A stretch of 64,000 bases of DNA from Planctomycetota bacterium (GTDB lineage Bacteria > Planctomycetota > UBA8108 > SXIK01), in the NCBI GenBank assembly GCA_965223845.1, contig CBDCXR010000004.1:384001-448000 (forward strand), in the 5' to 3' direction. The translations under genes were made by a program, and so were the position numbers. Under the pieces are notes generated by a model. The model saw only the letters and a list, made by a program, of their open reading frames with translations. It was not told where the DNA came from and did not search any database. Positions 36,984 to 47,011 of the stretch are shown here, piece by piece. Each line of letters begins with the position of its first letter. Position 1 is the first letter of the stretch.

Positions 36984-39650
36984 TCAGCGCACGATCTCGT
37001 AGTAATACGTCCGATAGCGCCCGTCGATCTTGAGAGCTCCGCGGTCGATCTCCGCGGTCTCGCCGGTCGGCACGCCGTAGATGTCGAGGACGTTCACCTT
37101 GTTGATCGGTGCGCCGCGGAGCCGGATCCGCGCTTCGACCGGCTCGAGAAGGAGAGGGGGGCGTCCTACCGTTTCGAGTTGCTCTCCGCTCGCGCTGTAC
37201 TCCGCTCCCGACTGGCGATCGCGCGCGAGAGCGGTGAGCAGAATCCGCCCGGAATCGACGAGCGGGGCGTCGTCGAGCGGAGTGAAGATGATCGAGACGA
37301 ACTTGGTGTCGACGATGACCGAAGCGGCGGGAAGCTTCTGCACCGTTCCGCCGGCGAATCCGATGATCGCCTGGGTCTTCGGCGTTCCGAGCCGGATGAC
37401 GCGCTCCTTCACGTTCCAGATCAGCTCGCCCGTGGTCGAGCGGATCACGTCGCCTCGGCGGTAGCGATCGAGGTCGATCGATTCGCTCTCCTTCCCCGCA
37501 GCGCTCCGTTCGCGGAATTTCGCGGTGACTCGGCCGATCGCGAGCGCGTCGAGCGGCGTTGCGCGCGTACCCTTCACCGACTTTTGGTCGTGCCCACCGC
37601 CGGTGAAATCTTGTCCGATCGGATCGAGGCCGCTGAAGAGCTCTTCCGTCGTGACGCGACGCGCGACGGCGATGTCCGCCTCCCGAATGTGCCCTTTGAG
37701 AAGCGCGAACGAGAGCGCGGGAAACTGTCCGATGTAGTGCGGCGTATCGGTGGAGTACGAGCGGAGCCCGGGCCAGCCGTCGCCGATCCGCGGCTCTCCG
37801 TTCAAAAAGTGAAACGACGCGTCCCAGCCCTGAAGACCCATTCCGTAGAACGCGATGAGCGGCGCCGCCTCGGCCTTCCACTCGTTCGGAGGGAGCTGCG
37901 ACCACTCCGACGTTGCAAACGGCCGATCCTCGATTTGGTAGAGGCCCATAGCGAGGAGACCGGAGCCCGGGCGATCGAGATGCGTGGCGGTGCGCACTCG
38001 ACCGGGGACGATGCGATGCCGTCCGGCGCCGCCACCGAAGTAGTTGTGGCGGTCGATCATGTCGGCCGCGGTATCGCAATAGAGATTCGCCGCGTCGGCA
38101 GCGGCCCCGCCGCCTCGCCACGCCGTCGTGACCGTGACTCCGCGAAAGCCTAGCTCGCGCACTTCGCGTATGCGCCGCGCGTAGAAGCCGTGCTCGAGCT
38201 CGGTGAGAAAACGGATGAAATCGCCCTTCCGCGCGTCTTTCTTTTTCCCGTCGAGCTCCCACGCTCCGTGGAGCTTCAGCTCGCCGTCTTCGAGTGATTC
38301 ATTCGTTCCCCATGCGCGACGAAGCTCCGGCGTCGTTTTGTAGCGCGCCTTCGCCCAGCGGCAGAACTCCGTTCGGAGAACCCGCGCGTGCTCAGGCATT
38401 TTCCCCGACGCGAGAGAGTTGAGCGGGTTGTGGAAGAAGATGCAGTCCTCGTTGTGGATTTCGAGAACTGCGAGCGCCGGATCGTCGCGGTACGCGAGAC
38501 CGGTGTACGGATTCACGTGACGGAGAAGCGCCTGCAGATAGCGAAGCTGAAGATTCTGAAGGAGTCGCGAGAAGTGAACGACGCCGGTCGTCTTGCCCTT
38601 GTCGAGCTCGGCGTAGAGCTCGGGTGGATACCCGTCGTCCGGACGGATACGAAGCGGGTAGAAGACGCTCCACGTCGAATAGATCCCGTTCTTCTTCAGC
38701 TCGGCGAACCACCAATCGAGGGCGTCGATCTTCTTCGCATCGAATCGTCCGCCCTCGAGCGGACCGAGGAAATCGAACACGGGGTGTTTCCGCACCATGT
38801 TGATTCCGTGCTTGGCGAGGTAGCGCGCTCGCGTCGCTTGAGATTCCCGCGAGAGAGGAAAACGCGCATTTGCACCGGCGCCCCAGAACTTCTGCGGCGC
38901 GGAAGCACGCTCGAATTGAAGCGCCGCGCCGCGCCGCTCGAGGAACCCGAGCTTGCCCGCGGGCCGGTGGAGGAGACCGCTCATGTCGATCACCGAGCGT
39001 TCGGAAAACTCGTCCTCGCGTGGAATGACGGGGAACCACTCGCTCGGCTTGCCCGGTCCGCTCCGCGAACCCGGCTTCGCCAGCCCCGACGGAACGAACG
39101 ATCCGTCGTCGAGGACGAAGCAATCGATCGCGCCGTGGTTCGCGAGCGAGTTCTGAATGCGAAAGAAGACGCGTTGTTTGCCGGAGCGGAGCGACACCTT
39201 CCCGGCGTCGACCCAACCGATGAAGCGGTGGTCGGGCTTCGCCGAGATCATCTGCCCCTCGCGGACGCGCGCGAGGTCGACCGAGACCCAGTTTCCGCGG
39301 CCGAAACGGTACTGGACGCCCGAACGGAAGTGATTGCAGCGGATCCAAAACGAGTGCTCACCGCCCCGCTTCACCGTGAAGTCGAAGTGCGCCGTTCCCC
39401 CGCGTTCCTTCGAGTAGTGGGAGAGCCACGCGCCGCCGGAGAGGGCGTCCTTCGCGACATCGTCGTACCAGCGATTGCTGACAAAGTCGTGATCGCGTGC
39501 GGATTCGCCTTCGATCCAGATTTCGTCGGCGGCGCTTGGCGAAAACCAGAAGAGGACTGTCGAGGCGAAGGCTACCCGGAGGACGACCGCAGTTCGCGAG
39601 CGGCCTCTCTTCGGGACGAGAGGAGGAGTAAATCGCGACCGAGTTTGCAT
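36984..39650 (-). CDS. Secreted clan GH-A-like glycoside hydrolase with an N-terminal beta-sandwich (CBM-like) domain
   Basis: GINMVRKH, LKKNGIY, HVNPYTGLAYRDDPALAVLEIHNE (acid/base candidate), DRHNYF, FATSEW (nucleophile candidate). Start set at ATG 39650 because the longer ORF overlaps two tRNAs. Confidence 0.75.
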   Translation of the reverse strand: MQTRSRFTPPLVPKRGRSRTAVVLRVAFASTVLFWFSPSAADEIWIEGESARDHDFVSNRWYDDVAKDALSGGAWLSHYSKERGGTAHFDFTVKRGGEHSFWIRCNHFRSGVQYRFGRGNWVSVDLARVREGQMISAKPDHRFIGWVDAGKVSLRSGKQRVFFRIQNSLANHGAIDCFVLDDGSFVPSGLAKPGSRSGPGKPSEWFPVIPREDEFSERSVIDMSGLLHRPAGKLGFLERRGAALQFERASAPQKFWGAGANARFPLSRESQATRARYLAKHGINMVRKHPVFDFLGPLEGGRFDAKKIDALDWWFAELKKNGIYSTWSVFYPLRIRPDDGYPPELYAELDKGKTTGVVHFSRLLQNLQLRYLQALLRHVNPYTGLAYRDDPALAVLEIHNEDCIFFHNPLNSLASGKMPEHARVLRTEFCRWAKARYKTTPELRRAWGTNESLEDGELKLHGAWELDGKKKDARKGDFIRFLTELEHGFYARRIREVRELGFRGVTVTTAWRGGGAAADAANLYCDTAADMIDRHNYFGGGAGRHRIVPGRVRTATHLDRPGSGLLAMGLYQIEDRPFATSEWSQLPPNEWKAEAAPLIAFYGMGLQGWDASFHFLNGEPRIGDGWPGLRSYSTDTPHYIGQFPALSFALLKGHIREADIAVARRVTTEELFSGLDPIGQDFTGGGHDQKSVKGTRATPLDALAIGRVTAKFRERSAAGKESESIDLDRYRRGDVIRSTTGELIWNVKERVIRLGTPKTQAIIGFAGGTVQKLPAASVIVDTKFVSIIFTPLDDAPLVDSGRILLTALARDRQSGAEYSASGEQLETVGRPPLLLEPVEARIRLRGAPINKVNVLDIYGVPTGETAEIDRGALKIDGRYRTYYYEIVR

Positions 39651-39837
39651 GATGGATGATTCGTGAATCGCCGGAAGTCGTGGACTCGATGGATGCGGAG
39701 ACCAGAGAATTGTAGCATTCCCAGTGCGCGCGGCCGGTTCCCGGCGGACGTCCCGTCCCCGGCGGATTTTGGGAGGACACTCCCGCGGCCATTTGGTATG
39801 TTCCTCGGCCCGTCCCCGACGATGTCGGGCGGCCAGC

Positions 39838-39928
39838 GGAGAGGTGCCGGAGCGGCCGAACGGGCTGGTTTCGAAAACCAGTGAACTCCTTGCGGGTTCC
39901 CAGGGTTCGAATCCCTGCCTCTCCGCCA
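39838..39928 (+). tRNA. trnS: tRNA-Ser(CGA)
   Basis: GGAGAGG/CCTCTCC acceptor stem, anticodon arm CTGGT-TTCGAAA-ACCAG, long variable arm, GGTTCGAATCC, 3' GCCA. Confidence 0.96.
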
Positions 39929-40056
39929 CTTTCGTCTCACGGAATGAGTGCGCTCGCGCGGCGCGCAGAGAGTCGCCGCGCACTTGACAGATCCGCGCCA
40001 GATCGGCCAGATGCGGCCAGCAAACTGAAATCGGCCCGACGCGAAGCGTCGTCTGC

Positions 40057-40146
<90 letters not shown>

Positions 40147-40256
40147 TTCTCTCGCCGCCGAGCAGACCGTTCGACCTGCGAGGGGAAGCTACGAATTCTC
40201 GCTCGTCGATCTGGATCGATCACGAGTTCCGAGTTCGCGGTCGAAGACTCTGCGTT

Positions 40257-43200
40257 TCAGCGGGCTTCGATGGCGTAGAGCTTCGATCGAGTCGTGATGT
40301 ATAGCACGCCGTTTGCCGCGACGGGGATCGAGTAAACAGAGTCCTCCATATCGATCCCGTCCTCGCTCTCGGTGAGCCGATTCAGCGCCTTCCCGGTGCC
40401 GACGACGACGACTTCGCCGTCCTCGTCGCCGATGTACACCTTGTCCCCGATCACCGAGGGCGAGCTCCAGATCGGGCCGAGGAGGTCGTGGACCCAGTGC
40501 TGCTTCCCGGTGGAGGCGTCGAAGCAGTAGAGGAAGCCGCGGAGATCGGCCGCGTAGACGAGGCCGTCGTGGACTGCGCAGGTCGAGATCGACCGCCCGA
40601 AATCTTCACCGCCAACGTGCCAGACGACGTGCGTCTCAGTGACGTCACCAACGCCCGACGCATCGATCGAGTAGAGATGCCCGATGCCGTCGCCGTGTTC
40701 GGGATCCTGGCCGACGGCGATGTAGACCCGGCCGTCGACGAAGGACGGCGGAGCGACGAGACTGTTTCGAGTGCCGCGGCCACCGAGCTCCCAGGTTGCG
40801 TTCTTGGGGTTGCAGTCAAAGCTCCAGATCAGTTCGCCGGTGCGTGGCTCGCAACTGTAGAGCCAGCCGTCGCCGCCCGGAAAGACAACTTGCGGCGTGC
40901 CGCCGGCGATGCCCCAGGCGGGCGACGACCACTGGCCGTGGAGGATGTCGGCGCCGGGATCGTTTCGCTGCCACACCACCGCGCCCGTCCGCTTGTTGAC
41001 CGCAATGAAGCTCGGCGCGGTCGGACTGGGAACAGTCACGTGGTCCGACCCGACGCCATTTCCCATTATGACGTAAACCATCTCCCCCGCGACGAGTGGC
41101 GAGGAGATCGCGAGATTGTGAGGAAACACGCCGAGCTCGCCGATCATGTCGAGCACCCAGATCAGATCGGCGTCGATGGAATCCTCGTACTTCTCGTCCG
41201 TCATTCCGTTGTTCTCGCCGTCCCGAAAACCTTCGACGTCGGCGCACACGAGCTCGCAGCGGTTCGAGACATAGTAGAGCCGCCCTTCCTCGACCACCGG
41301 CGTGGAGGCGACACCCTGCTCGGGCCAGTCGTTTACGCGGCCGGCCGCCAGCTTGTCGTGGGTCGCCTGCCACAGAAACTCGCCGTCGGCCTCGCGGAAG
41401 CACATGACGACGCCTCGGTCGCCCTTGATCTTCGGGTTGCGCTCGCGCCCGTTGTTCGTGCTGATGAAGATGCGGCCTTCGGCGACGACGGGGTTCCCGA
41501 AGGTCTGCGAGCCGAGGTCGGCGGTCCACTTGATGTTCCGACCCGTCGCGATGTCCCAGTCGTGTGGGACGGTTCGGTCGCTCTGATTGACATTGTTTCG
41601 GGAGGGCGAACCGCCCCACATGGGCCAATCACCGGGGCGCTGACGAAACCCGACGCTCGACATGCTGCCGATGCTGTTCGGTTCGAGCGTCGTCTTGGCG
41701 GCCGAGGACAGCGCTGCGATTTCACGCACGATGTTCGTCACGATGGCGCGGACGTCGGCCTCCGCCTCGTTCACCCGGCGCGAGAGGATCGGCACGGCCT
41801 CGTGGCCGATCTGGCGGAGCGCCCACTCTGCGTACCGGCGGACCGCGGGGCTTTCGTCCGCGAGAGCTTCGAGAAGCGCCCGAACGGCCGCGTCGCCGAC
41901 CGGGGATCCGACCCTCCCGAGAAAGCGGGCGGCGTAGCGCCGGACGGTGGCGTCGCGGTCGCCGAGCGCCGCGGCGGCCGCGGGAGCGGCGCCCCGCGCG
42001 CGCGCGGCGATCCGGAGGAGATCTCGCAGGGCGTTCTGTCGCGTCGCGGCGTCGTTCGCCCCTTCGAGTTGATCGCGGAGTCGCGTCACCGCGTCCGCCG
42101 CCTGCAGATCGACTCGCGTAAGAGAGGGCGGTCTCTCCGCCGAGTCCGCGAAGCCGCCCTGAGACATGGTCGGCCTGTGACGAAGGTCGGCGGCAGCCGC
42201 GCCCAGGTCCTCCGTCTCGTGGTGGTCCCAGACGCGGATGGTGCCGTCGGCGCTCGCCGAGACGAGCGCCGAGGCGACGAAGTCGAGCGCCAGGACCGGG
42301 GCTACGTGCCCTTTGAGGTCGGCGCGCAATTGACCCGTCGACGAACTGCACAGTCTGATCTTGCCGTCGTCCCCGCCGAGGGCGAGTGTCTTTCCGTCCG
42401 CAGAGAACGCCGCGCTCCACGACCACGTGCCGTAACCGCGGAATGTCGTCCTCGCCGCGCCGCTCTCGACGTCCCAGAACCACACGACTCCATCGCTGCC
42501 CGTCGACACCAGCGTGTGGCCATCCGGTGAGAAGCAGAGCGACCAAACTCGACCGGTCGAACCGGCGAGTCGCGCCGCGAGTCGGTTCTTCGAGAGGTCC
42601 CAGAGAATCACGTCGTGATCGAGTCCGGCGGATGCCAGCAGAAAACCGCTCGGCGAGAACGCGAGTGTGTAGACCGCGAGCGAGTGACCGCGGAGCGCCG
42701 CGAGCTGGCGTCGGCGCGCGGGATCGTGGAGCCGGATGACGAGATCGTCGCCGGCGGAGGCGAGTGTCTCTCCGTCTGGAGAGAACGCGAGCGCCCAGAT
42801 GGCGCCTTCGTGACTTGAGAGCGATGCGGGTTCGCCTTCCTCCGTCAGGCTCCACAAATTGACGGTGCCGCTCTGATCGGCCGAGGCGAGCGCTCGGCCG
42901 TCCGCGGACAGCGCCAACGCATTCACAGCGGCATCGTGGGCGTCGAGCTGCCGCCGCACGGCGCCGCTCGACGCGTCCCAGATCCGCACGGTGCGGTCGA
43001 TCCCCGCCGAGAAAATCGCGCCGTCGGCCGACGCCGCCACTGCGTGGACTTCTCCTTTGTGACCGACGAGCACGCGACGGCGCACGTCCCAGAGGGTAAC
43101 GCTGCGACCACCGACCGCGACGGAGGCGCCATCGGGTGAAAAAGCCAAGTCCGTAGCTCGTCCAGGATGCCCCGGGCGCGCTTCGAGCAGTCTGCCGGTC

Positions 43201-45410
43201 CCGACGTCCCAGAGCTTCAGAGTCGAGAGGCGGTCCGCGCTCGGGCTTACGGATGCGAGCGTTCGGCCGTCCGGAGAGAACGCGAGCGCCTCGATCGGAC
43301 CCGAGTAGCTGGCGACGGGCGCCTTGCGGGCGCCGGTGATTCCATCCCAAAGCGTGATTTGGCCGTCAGGGCTGCCGAGCGCCACGACTCTTCCGTCGCG
43401 GGTGAGCGCGAGCGACTGACACGCCGTTGTCGGCGCCTTCACGCGCACGCGTTCGCGGCGCTCGAGATCCCAGATGTAGACCTCCGTCGGAGAGCGCGCG
43501 GTCGCCCTTGTCGCCGTGCCCACTGCGGCGAGCTTCGTGCCGTCAGCGGAGAAGGCGGTCGCGACGATGCGAACGTCGTGCGGGAGCTCGTCGATATAGC
43601 TCCGCGTCGTCACGTCAAAGAGCATGATACGCGTGGGATCGTGTCGGATGTTCCTCCGCCCGTCTTTAGTTCTCACCGTCTTCGCGTGAAGATGTGCGAG
43701 GATGGTGCCGTCCGCCGAGAGAGACGACGTCGGACTCGAGAGCGACGCCGCCGTATCCGGCAAACGGAACAAGCTCCGGAGGTCGCCGGAGGAACATTCC
43801 CAGATGCCGATCACGCCGCTACCGACCCCGAAGAGCGCATCGCCCGTCGGAGAGAACGCGCTGTCCCCTCGGTTGCGAATACGCCTCTTTAGCGTGAGAA
43901 CTGAGCCATCGCGCAGATCGACGAGACTGGTCGAAGGTCCGATCATGGCCAGCGTCGCTCCGTCCGGCGAGAAGAGGACCCGGTGAGCGCCGCGAGCGGG
44001 CAGAAGACGATACGGCTGCGCTCGGTGACGGAGCGCACGCCACGCGAAGTCGCGCAGATCTTCCGGGCACTGTTCCGGGTCCTCGAGGAGCTCGAGGGCG
44101 AGATCGGGATCCTCGTCGACGACGGCGCGGACGTGCGAGAGCTGTGTGTCGTAGGCGCCGAGGCGGACGAGCTCTAGACGTTCTCGGGCGAGGTTCAGGC
44201 TCCTCCTCGAGTCGATGGCGAAGTGGTTCGAGACGATGGTGCCCGCGACGAGGGCAAGGACCACCGCCGCGCTGAGCGAGGCAACGACGGGCCTCCGTCG
44301 GCACCACCTCCAGGCGCGCCCAGCAATCGTGATCGGTCGGGCCGCGATCGGTTCGCCCCGGAGGAAGCGTTCGAGCTCGAGCGCCAGCTCACCCGCAGAG
44401 GCGTAGCGCCGCCGGGGCTCCTTCTCGAGGCATTTCAGACAAATCGTCTCGAGGTCGCGGGGAAGCCGTGGAACCAGGGTCCGCGGTGGCACCGGCTCCC
44501 CTTCGCGCACGAGCCGGAGTGTCTCGACGGACTCGTCCGCCTGAAACGGTGGACGACCGCTCAGCGCGTGGTAGAGGATCGCCCCGAGACCCCAGACGTC
44601 GGTCGTCGGCGCCACTTCGCGAGAGCGCCCCGACGCCTGTTCGGGCGCCATGTAGCTCGGGGTGCCGACGACGACGCCGCTCAGAGTCAGATCGCTGTCT
44701 CGATCGAGTTTCTTCGCGAGTCCGAAGTCCGTTACATGAGGCGCGCCCGCGGCGTCGAGAAGAATGTTTCCGGGTTTGAGATCACGGTGGAGCACGCCGC
44801 GCTCATGCGCGTGCTGGACGGCGCTCGCGACCATCGAAACGAGTCGCGCCGCGTCCCGTGGTGCGGGGATGTCGCGATGGAGGCGTCGCGCCAGGCTTTC
44901 CCCGTTCACGAGCTTCATCGAGAAGTACTGCTGCTCTTCGTGCTCGCCGACTTCGTAGATGGGGACGATGTGGGGGTGGTCGAGCGCTGCGGCGGCCTCC
45001 GCTTCGACTCGGAATCGTTCGAGGTCGCTCTTCCCCGCGAACCGGCCCGCGACCACCATCTTGAGCGCGACTTCACGATTCAGGCTCACCTGCCGCGCCC
45101 GGTAGACAACCCCCATCCCACCTCGGGCGATCTCCTGAACGAGCTCGTAGTCGCCGAAGTAGCGAACCGTCCCGAGTCTCGGCCCTGGCTGAAGCTCGCT
45201 GCGAAGCGGACTCGCCAGTTGCTCCATGCGCTCGCGGTTGACGAAGAACTCTTCGAGCTCGGATGCGTACTGCGAGTAGCGCGATAGGAGCTCATCCCGA
45301 TCCGGCGCTTCACCGTTTTCTTCCGCCCGGATGTACTTCGCGATTACGTCGTCGAGCGTCTCGCGGGACCCGGGCGTACCGAGGTCGTGTGTCGAGTCGC
45401 CGGAAACCAT
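40257..45410 (-). CDS. Hanks-type Ser/Thr kinase with TM segment, WD40 repeats, HEAT repeats and a C-terminal PQQ/BamB-like propeller
   Basis: IARGGMGVVY, VALK, HRDLKPGN, DFG, YMAPE; many GH..AFSPDG..WD repeats; VRRYAA HEAT repeats; DWPMWGGSPSRN..WSSP propeller. Confidence 0.9.
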   Translation of the reverse strand: MVSGDSTHDLGTPGSRETLDDVIAKYIRAEENGEAPDRDELLSRYSQYASELEEFFVNRERMEQLASPLRSELQPGPRLGTVRYFGDYELVQEIARGGMGVVYRARQVSLNREVALKMVVAGRFAGKSDLERFRVEAEAAAALDHPHIVPIYEVGEHEEQQYFSMKLVNGESLARRLHRDIPAPRDAARLVSMVASAVQHAHERGVLHRDLKPGNILLDAAGAPHVTDFGLAKKLDRDSDLTLSGVVVGTPSYMAPEQASGRSREVAPTTDVWGLGAILYHALSGRPPFQADESVETLRLVREGEPVPPRTLVPRLPRDLETICLKCLEKEPRRRYASAGELALELERFLRGEPIAARPITIAGRAWRWCRRRPVVASLSAAVVLALVAGTIVSNHFAIDSRRSLNLARERLELVRLGAYDTQLSHVRAVVDEDPDLALELLEDPEQCPEDLRDFAWRALRHRAQPYRLLPARGAHRVLFSPDGATLAMIGPSTSLVDLRDGSVLTLKRRIRNRGDSAFSPTGDALFGVGSGVIGIWECSSGDLRSLFRLPDTAASLSSPTSSLSADGTILAHLHAKTVRTKDGRRNIRHDPTRIMLFDVTTRSYIDELPHDVRIVATAFSADGTKLAAVGTATRATARSPTEVYIWDLERRERVRVKAPTTACQSLALTRDGRVVALGSPDGQITLWDGITGARKAPVASYSGPIEALAFSPDGRTLASVSPSADRLSTLKLWDVGTGRLLEARPGHPGRATDLAFSPDGASVAVGGRSVTLWDVRRRVLVGHKGEVHAVAASADGAIFSAGIDRTVRIWDASSGAVRRQLDAHDAAVNALALSADGRALASADQSGTVNLWSLTEEGEPASLSSHEGAIWALAFSPDGETLASAGDDLVIRLHDPARRRQLAALRGHSLAVYTLAFSPSGFLLASAGLDHDVILWDLSKNRLAARLAGSTGRVWSLCFSPDGHTLVSTGSDGVVWFWDVESGAARTTFRGYGTWSWSAAFSADGKTLALGGDDGKIRLCSSSTGQLRADLKGHVAPVLALDFVASALVSASADGTIRVWDHHETEDLGAAAADLRHRPTMSQGGFADSAERPPSLTRVDLQAADAVTRLRDQLEGANDAATRQNALRDLLRIAARARGAAPAAAAALGDRDATVRRYAARFLGRVGSPVGDAAVRALLEALADESPAVRRYAEWALRQIGHEAVPILSRRVNEAEADVRAIVTNIVREIAALSSAAKTTLEPNSIGSMSSVGFRQRPGDWPMWGGSPSRNNVNQSDRTVPHDWDIATGRNIKWTADLGSQTFGNPVVAEGRIFISTNNGRERNPKIKGDRGVVMCFREADGEFLWQATHDKLAAGRVNDWPEQGVASTPVVEEGRLYYVSNRCELVCADVEGFRDGENNGMTDEKYEDSIDADLIWVLDMIGELGVFPHNLAISSPLVAGEMVYVIMGNGVGSDHVTVPSPTAPSFIAVNKRTGAVVWQRNDPGADILHGQWSSPAWGIAGGTPQVVFPGGDGWLYSCEPRTGELIWSFDCNPKNATWELGGRGTRNSLVAPPSFVDGRVYIAVGQDPEHGDGIGHLYSIDASGVGDVTETHVVWHVGGEDFGRSISTCAVHDGLVYAADLRGFLYCFDASTGKQHWVHDLLGPIWSSPSVIGDKVYIGDEDGEVVVVGTGKALNRLTESEDGIDMEDSVYSIPVAANGVLYITTRSKLYAIEAR

Positions 45411-45412
45411 GG

Positions 45413-45979
45413 CTAACGGCCTCCCGCGAGGATTTCACGCAGCTTCTTGAGTCCGCGATGGAGGAGACCGGCGACCGCCGATTCGCTTCGTCCCAGTTGG
45501 ACGGCAACCTCCGCCAACGACCACCCCCTTAAGTGGTGCAGCACGATGCTCTCCCGCTGACCTTCCGGCAGATCGGCGAGTGCTTTCGCGAGCTCGACGA
45601 GCTGCTCCTCCTTCGCAGCGTGCTGACTTGGCGTCGATTGGACGGCCTCGAACCAAGCTTCGATTCGCGAATACGAATCGTCGAGGAGCGTCTCCAGCGA
45701 GCGTTCCTTGGCCACGTCTCGCTTCGCACGGCCGAGCGCGCGAAACGCATCGAGGAGATTATTCTTCAGGATCTGCCGCAACCAGGCGGCGAGCTCCTCG
45801 TCGGTCGAGCCTCGAAACTGAGCGCGTCTCTCGTGCGCTTCAAGAAGCGTCTGCTGAACGACGTCGGAGGCGCTCAGCTTCGCCTGGTGACGCTCGTCGA
45901 GTTGCATCCTGGCGACGAGACCCAGGAATTCACGAAAGCGCTCGATGTCGTGTTCGTCGGCCGGTCCTGACCGTTCCAC
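45413..45979 (-). CDS. ECF sigma factor, planctomycete kinase-associated type
   Basis: KLSASDVVQQTLLEAH..QFRG..AWLRQIL..RDVAKE..STPSQ..region 4 GRSESAVAGLLHRGL; abuts the kinase. Start set at GTG 45979 after GAGGTG (ORF track gives 46042). Confidence 0.9.
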   Translation of the reverse strand: MERSGPADEHDIERFREFLGLVARMQLDERHQAKLSASDVVQQTLLEAHERRAQFRGSTDEELAAWLRQILKNNLLDAFRALGRAKRDVAKERSLETLLDDSYSRIEAWFEAVQSTPSQHAAKEEQLVELAKALADLPEGQRESIVLHHLRGWSLAEVAVQLGRSESAVAGLLHRGLKKLREILAGGR

Positions 45980-46122
45980 CAAATCACCTCGCTGGGGCTT
46001 CCCGCGCGGAGATCGAAAGGTGACCCCGATTGTTTCTAGCATCGTGCATTCTGCCAGATGAGCGGATTGCTTCGACTGAATTGCGGAGAGTCCTGCGATT
46101 CACCGCGATCCCGAGGGACTTC

Positions 46123-46746
46123 TCACGTCTCCGTTTGTCTCTGAAAGATCTCGCATTGAGAGGAATCGCTTAGAGCTTCGACAACGAGATCTCTGATTTG
46201 TCTCCCGGTCCGCTTGTCGATGATTGTCTGCTCTTGCATCTCCGCGAGCACGGCCTTCGACGGTGTTCCTTCCCAGAGCACCCGGCCGTTCCTACCGATC
46301 AGGAAAGCGGCCGGCCAACTGCGGATGCCGTAACGGCGGTGATTGCGGTCGCCTTCGTCCCAGAGAACGAGGTGTTTTGCTTCCTGTGCCTCGACGCTCC
46401 GTTTCACCGTGTCGAGTTCCTCGTACCTCCCACCGCCGATCTCGATGATCACTAGCCCGTCGCCTTCGAAGTCGTCTTGCCACTTCGCCAAATGGCGCCT
46501 GAGCGGCGTGCAGTTCTCGGAAAAGTTGAACTGCAGCCAGACGACTTTCCCTTCGAGCTGCTTGAGTGTCACGACGCCATCGGCGTTCACCCAGTGTGAC
46601 CGTAAGGAGATCAACTCCGGAGGGGCGCGATCTTTGAACGACTTGAAATCACGGCTCTTGGGCGGGTGAAGGTCCGTTCGCAAGCCATCCTTGACGCAAC
46701 CGGCCAGTAGTATCGCGAATCCGAACAGAATACTGGTGTAGCGCAT
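46123..46746 (-). CDS. TlpA/redoxin-fold lipoprotein with a single active-site Cys
   Basis: Lipobox LAGC; APPEL..WVN..TLKQLEGKVVWLQF..YGIRSWPAAFLIGRNG; FSENCTPL in place of CxxC. Confidence 0.7.
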   Translation of the reverse strand: MRYTSILFGFAILLAGCVKDGLRTDLHPPKSRDFKSFKDRAPPELISLRSHWVNADGVVTLKQLEGKVVWLQFNFSENCTPLRRHLAKWQDDFEGDGLVIIEIGGGRYEELDTVKRSVEAQEAKHLVLWDEGDRNHRRYGIRSWPAAFLIGRNGRVLWEGTPSKAVLAEMQEQTIIDKRTGRQIRDLVVEALSDSSQCEIFQRQTET

Positions 46747-47011
46747 CGCTGCCTCCGTGCCTGGTTGGGCGCCTCTCCCCTAAATGAATAGGCGTCGGCC
46801 GAGGCGAAACTTTGCGCGAGTTTCCGCGCGAACTGGAGAGTGCCCCAACTTCAGGCGTCGGAAGAGATTGAGAGTGGGGCGATCGTGGGCAGCGGTTGGA
46901 TTTGCCGTGAGTTCAGGCACGAGGGCTTCCGGACCACCCCGAGTCCGAGCTCGAAGTCGGCGCTTCGGTCGTTAGCGTCAGTCCGCGCCGGAGCCTGCAC
47001 GTGCGGCGGAC

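Noticed and set aside
831-38262. Many long antisense or alternative-frame ORFs (e.g. 831..3152, 5543..7627, 8479..11154, 12540..15188, 15813..17981, 18736..21855, 35482..38262)
   Set aside because: They shadow well-supported genes and are Arg/Val-rich with no motifs; this is expected from high-GC codon bias, which removes stops in other frames.
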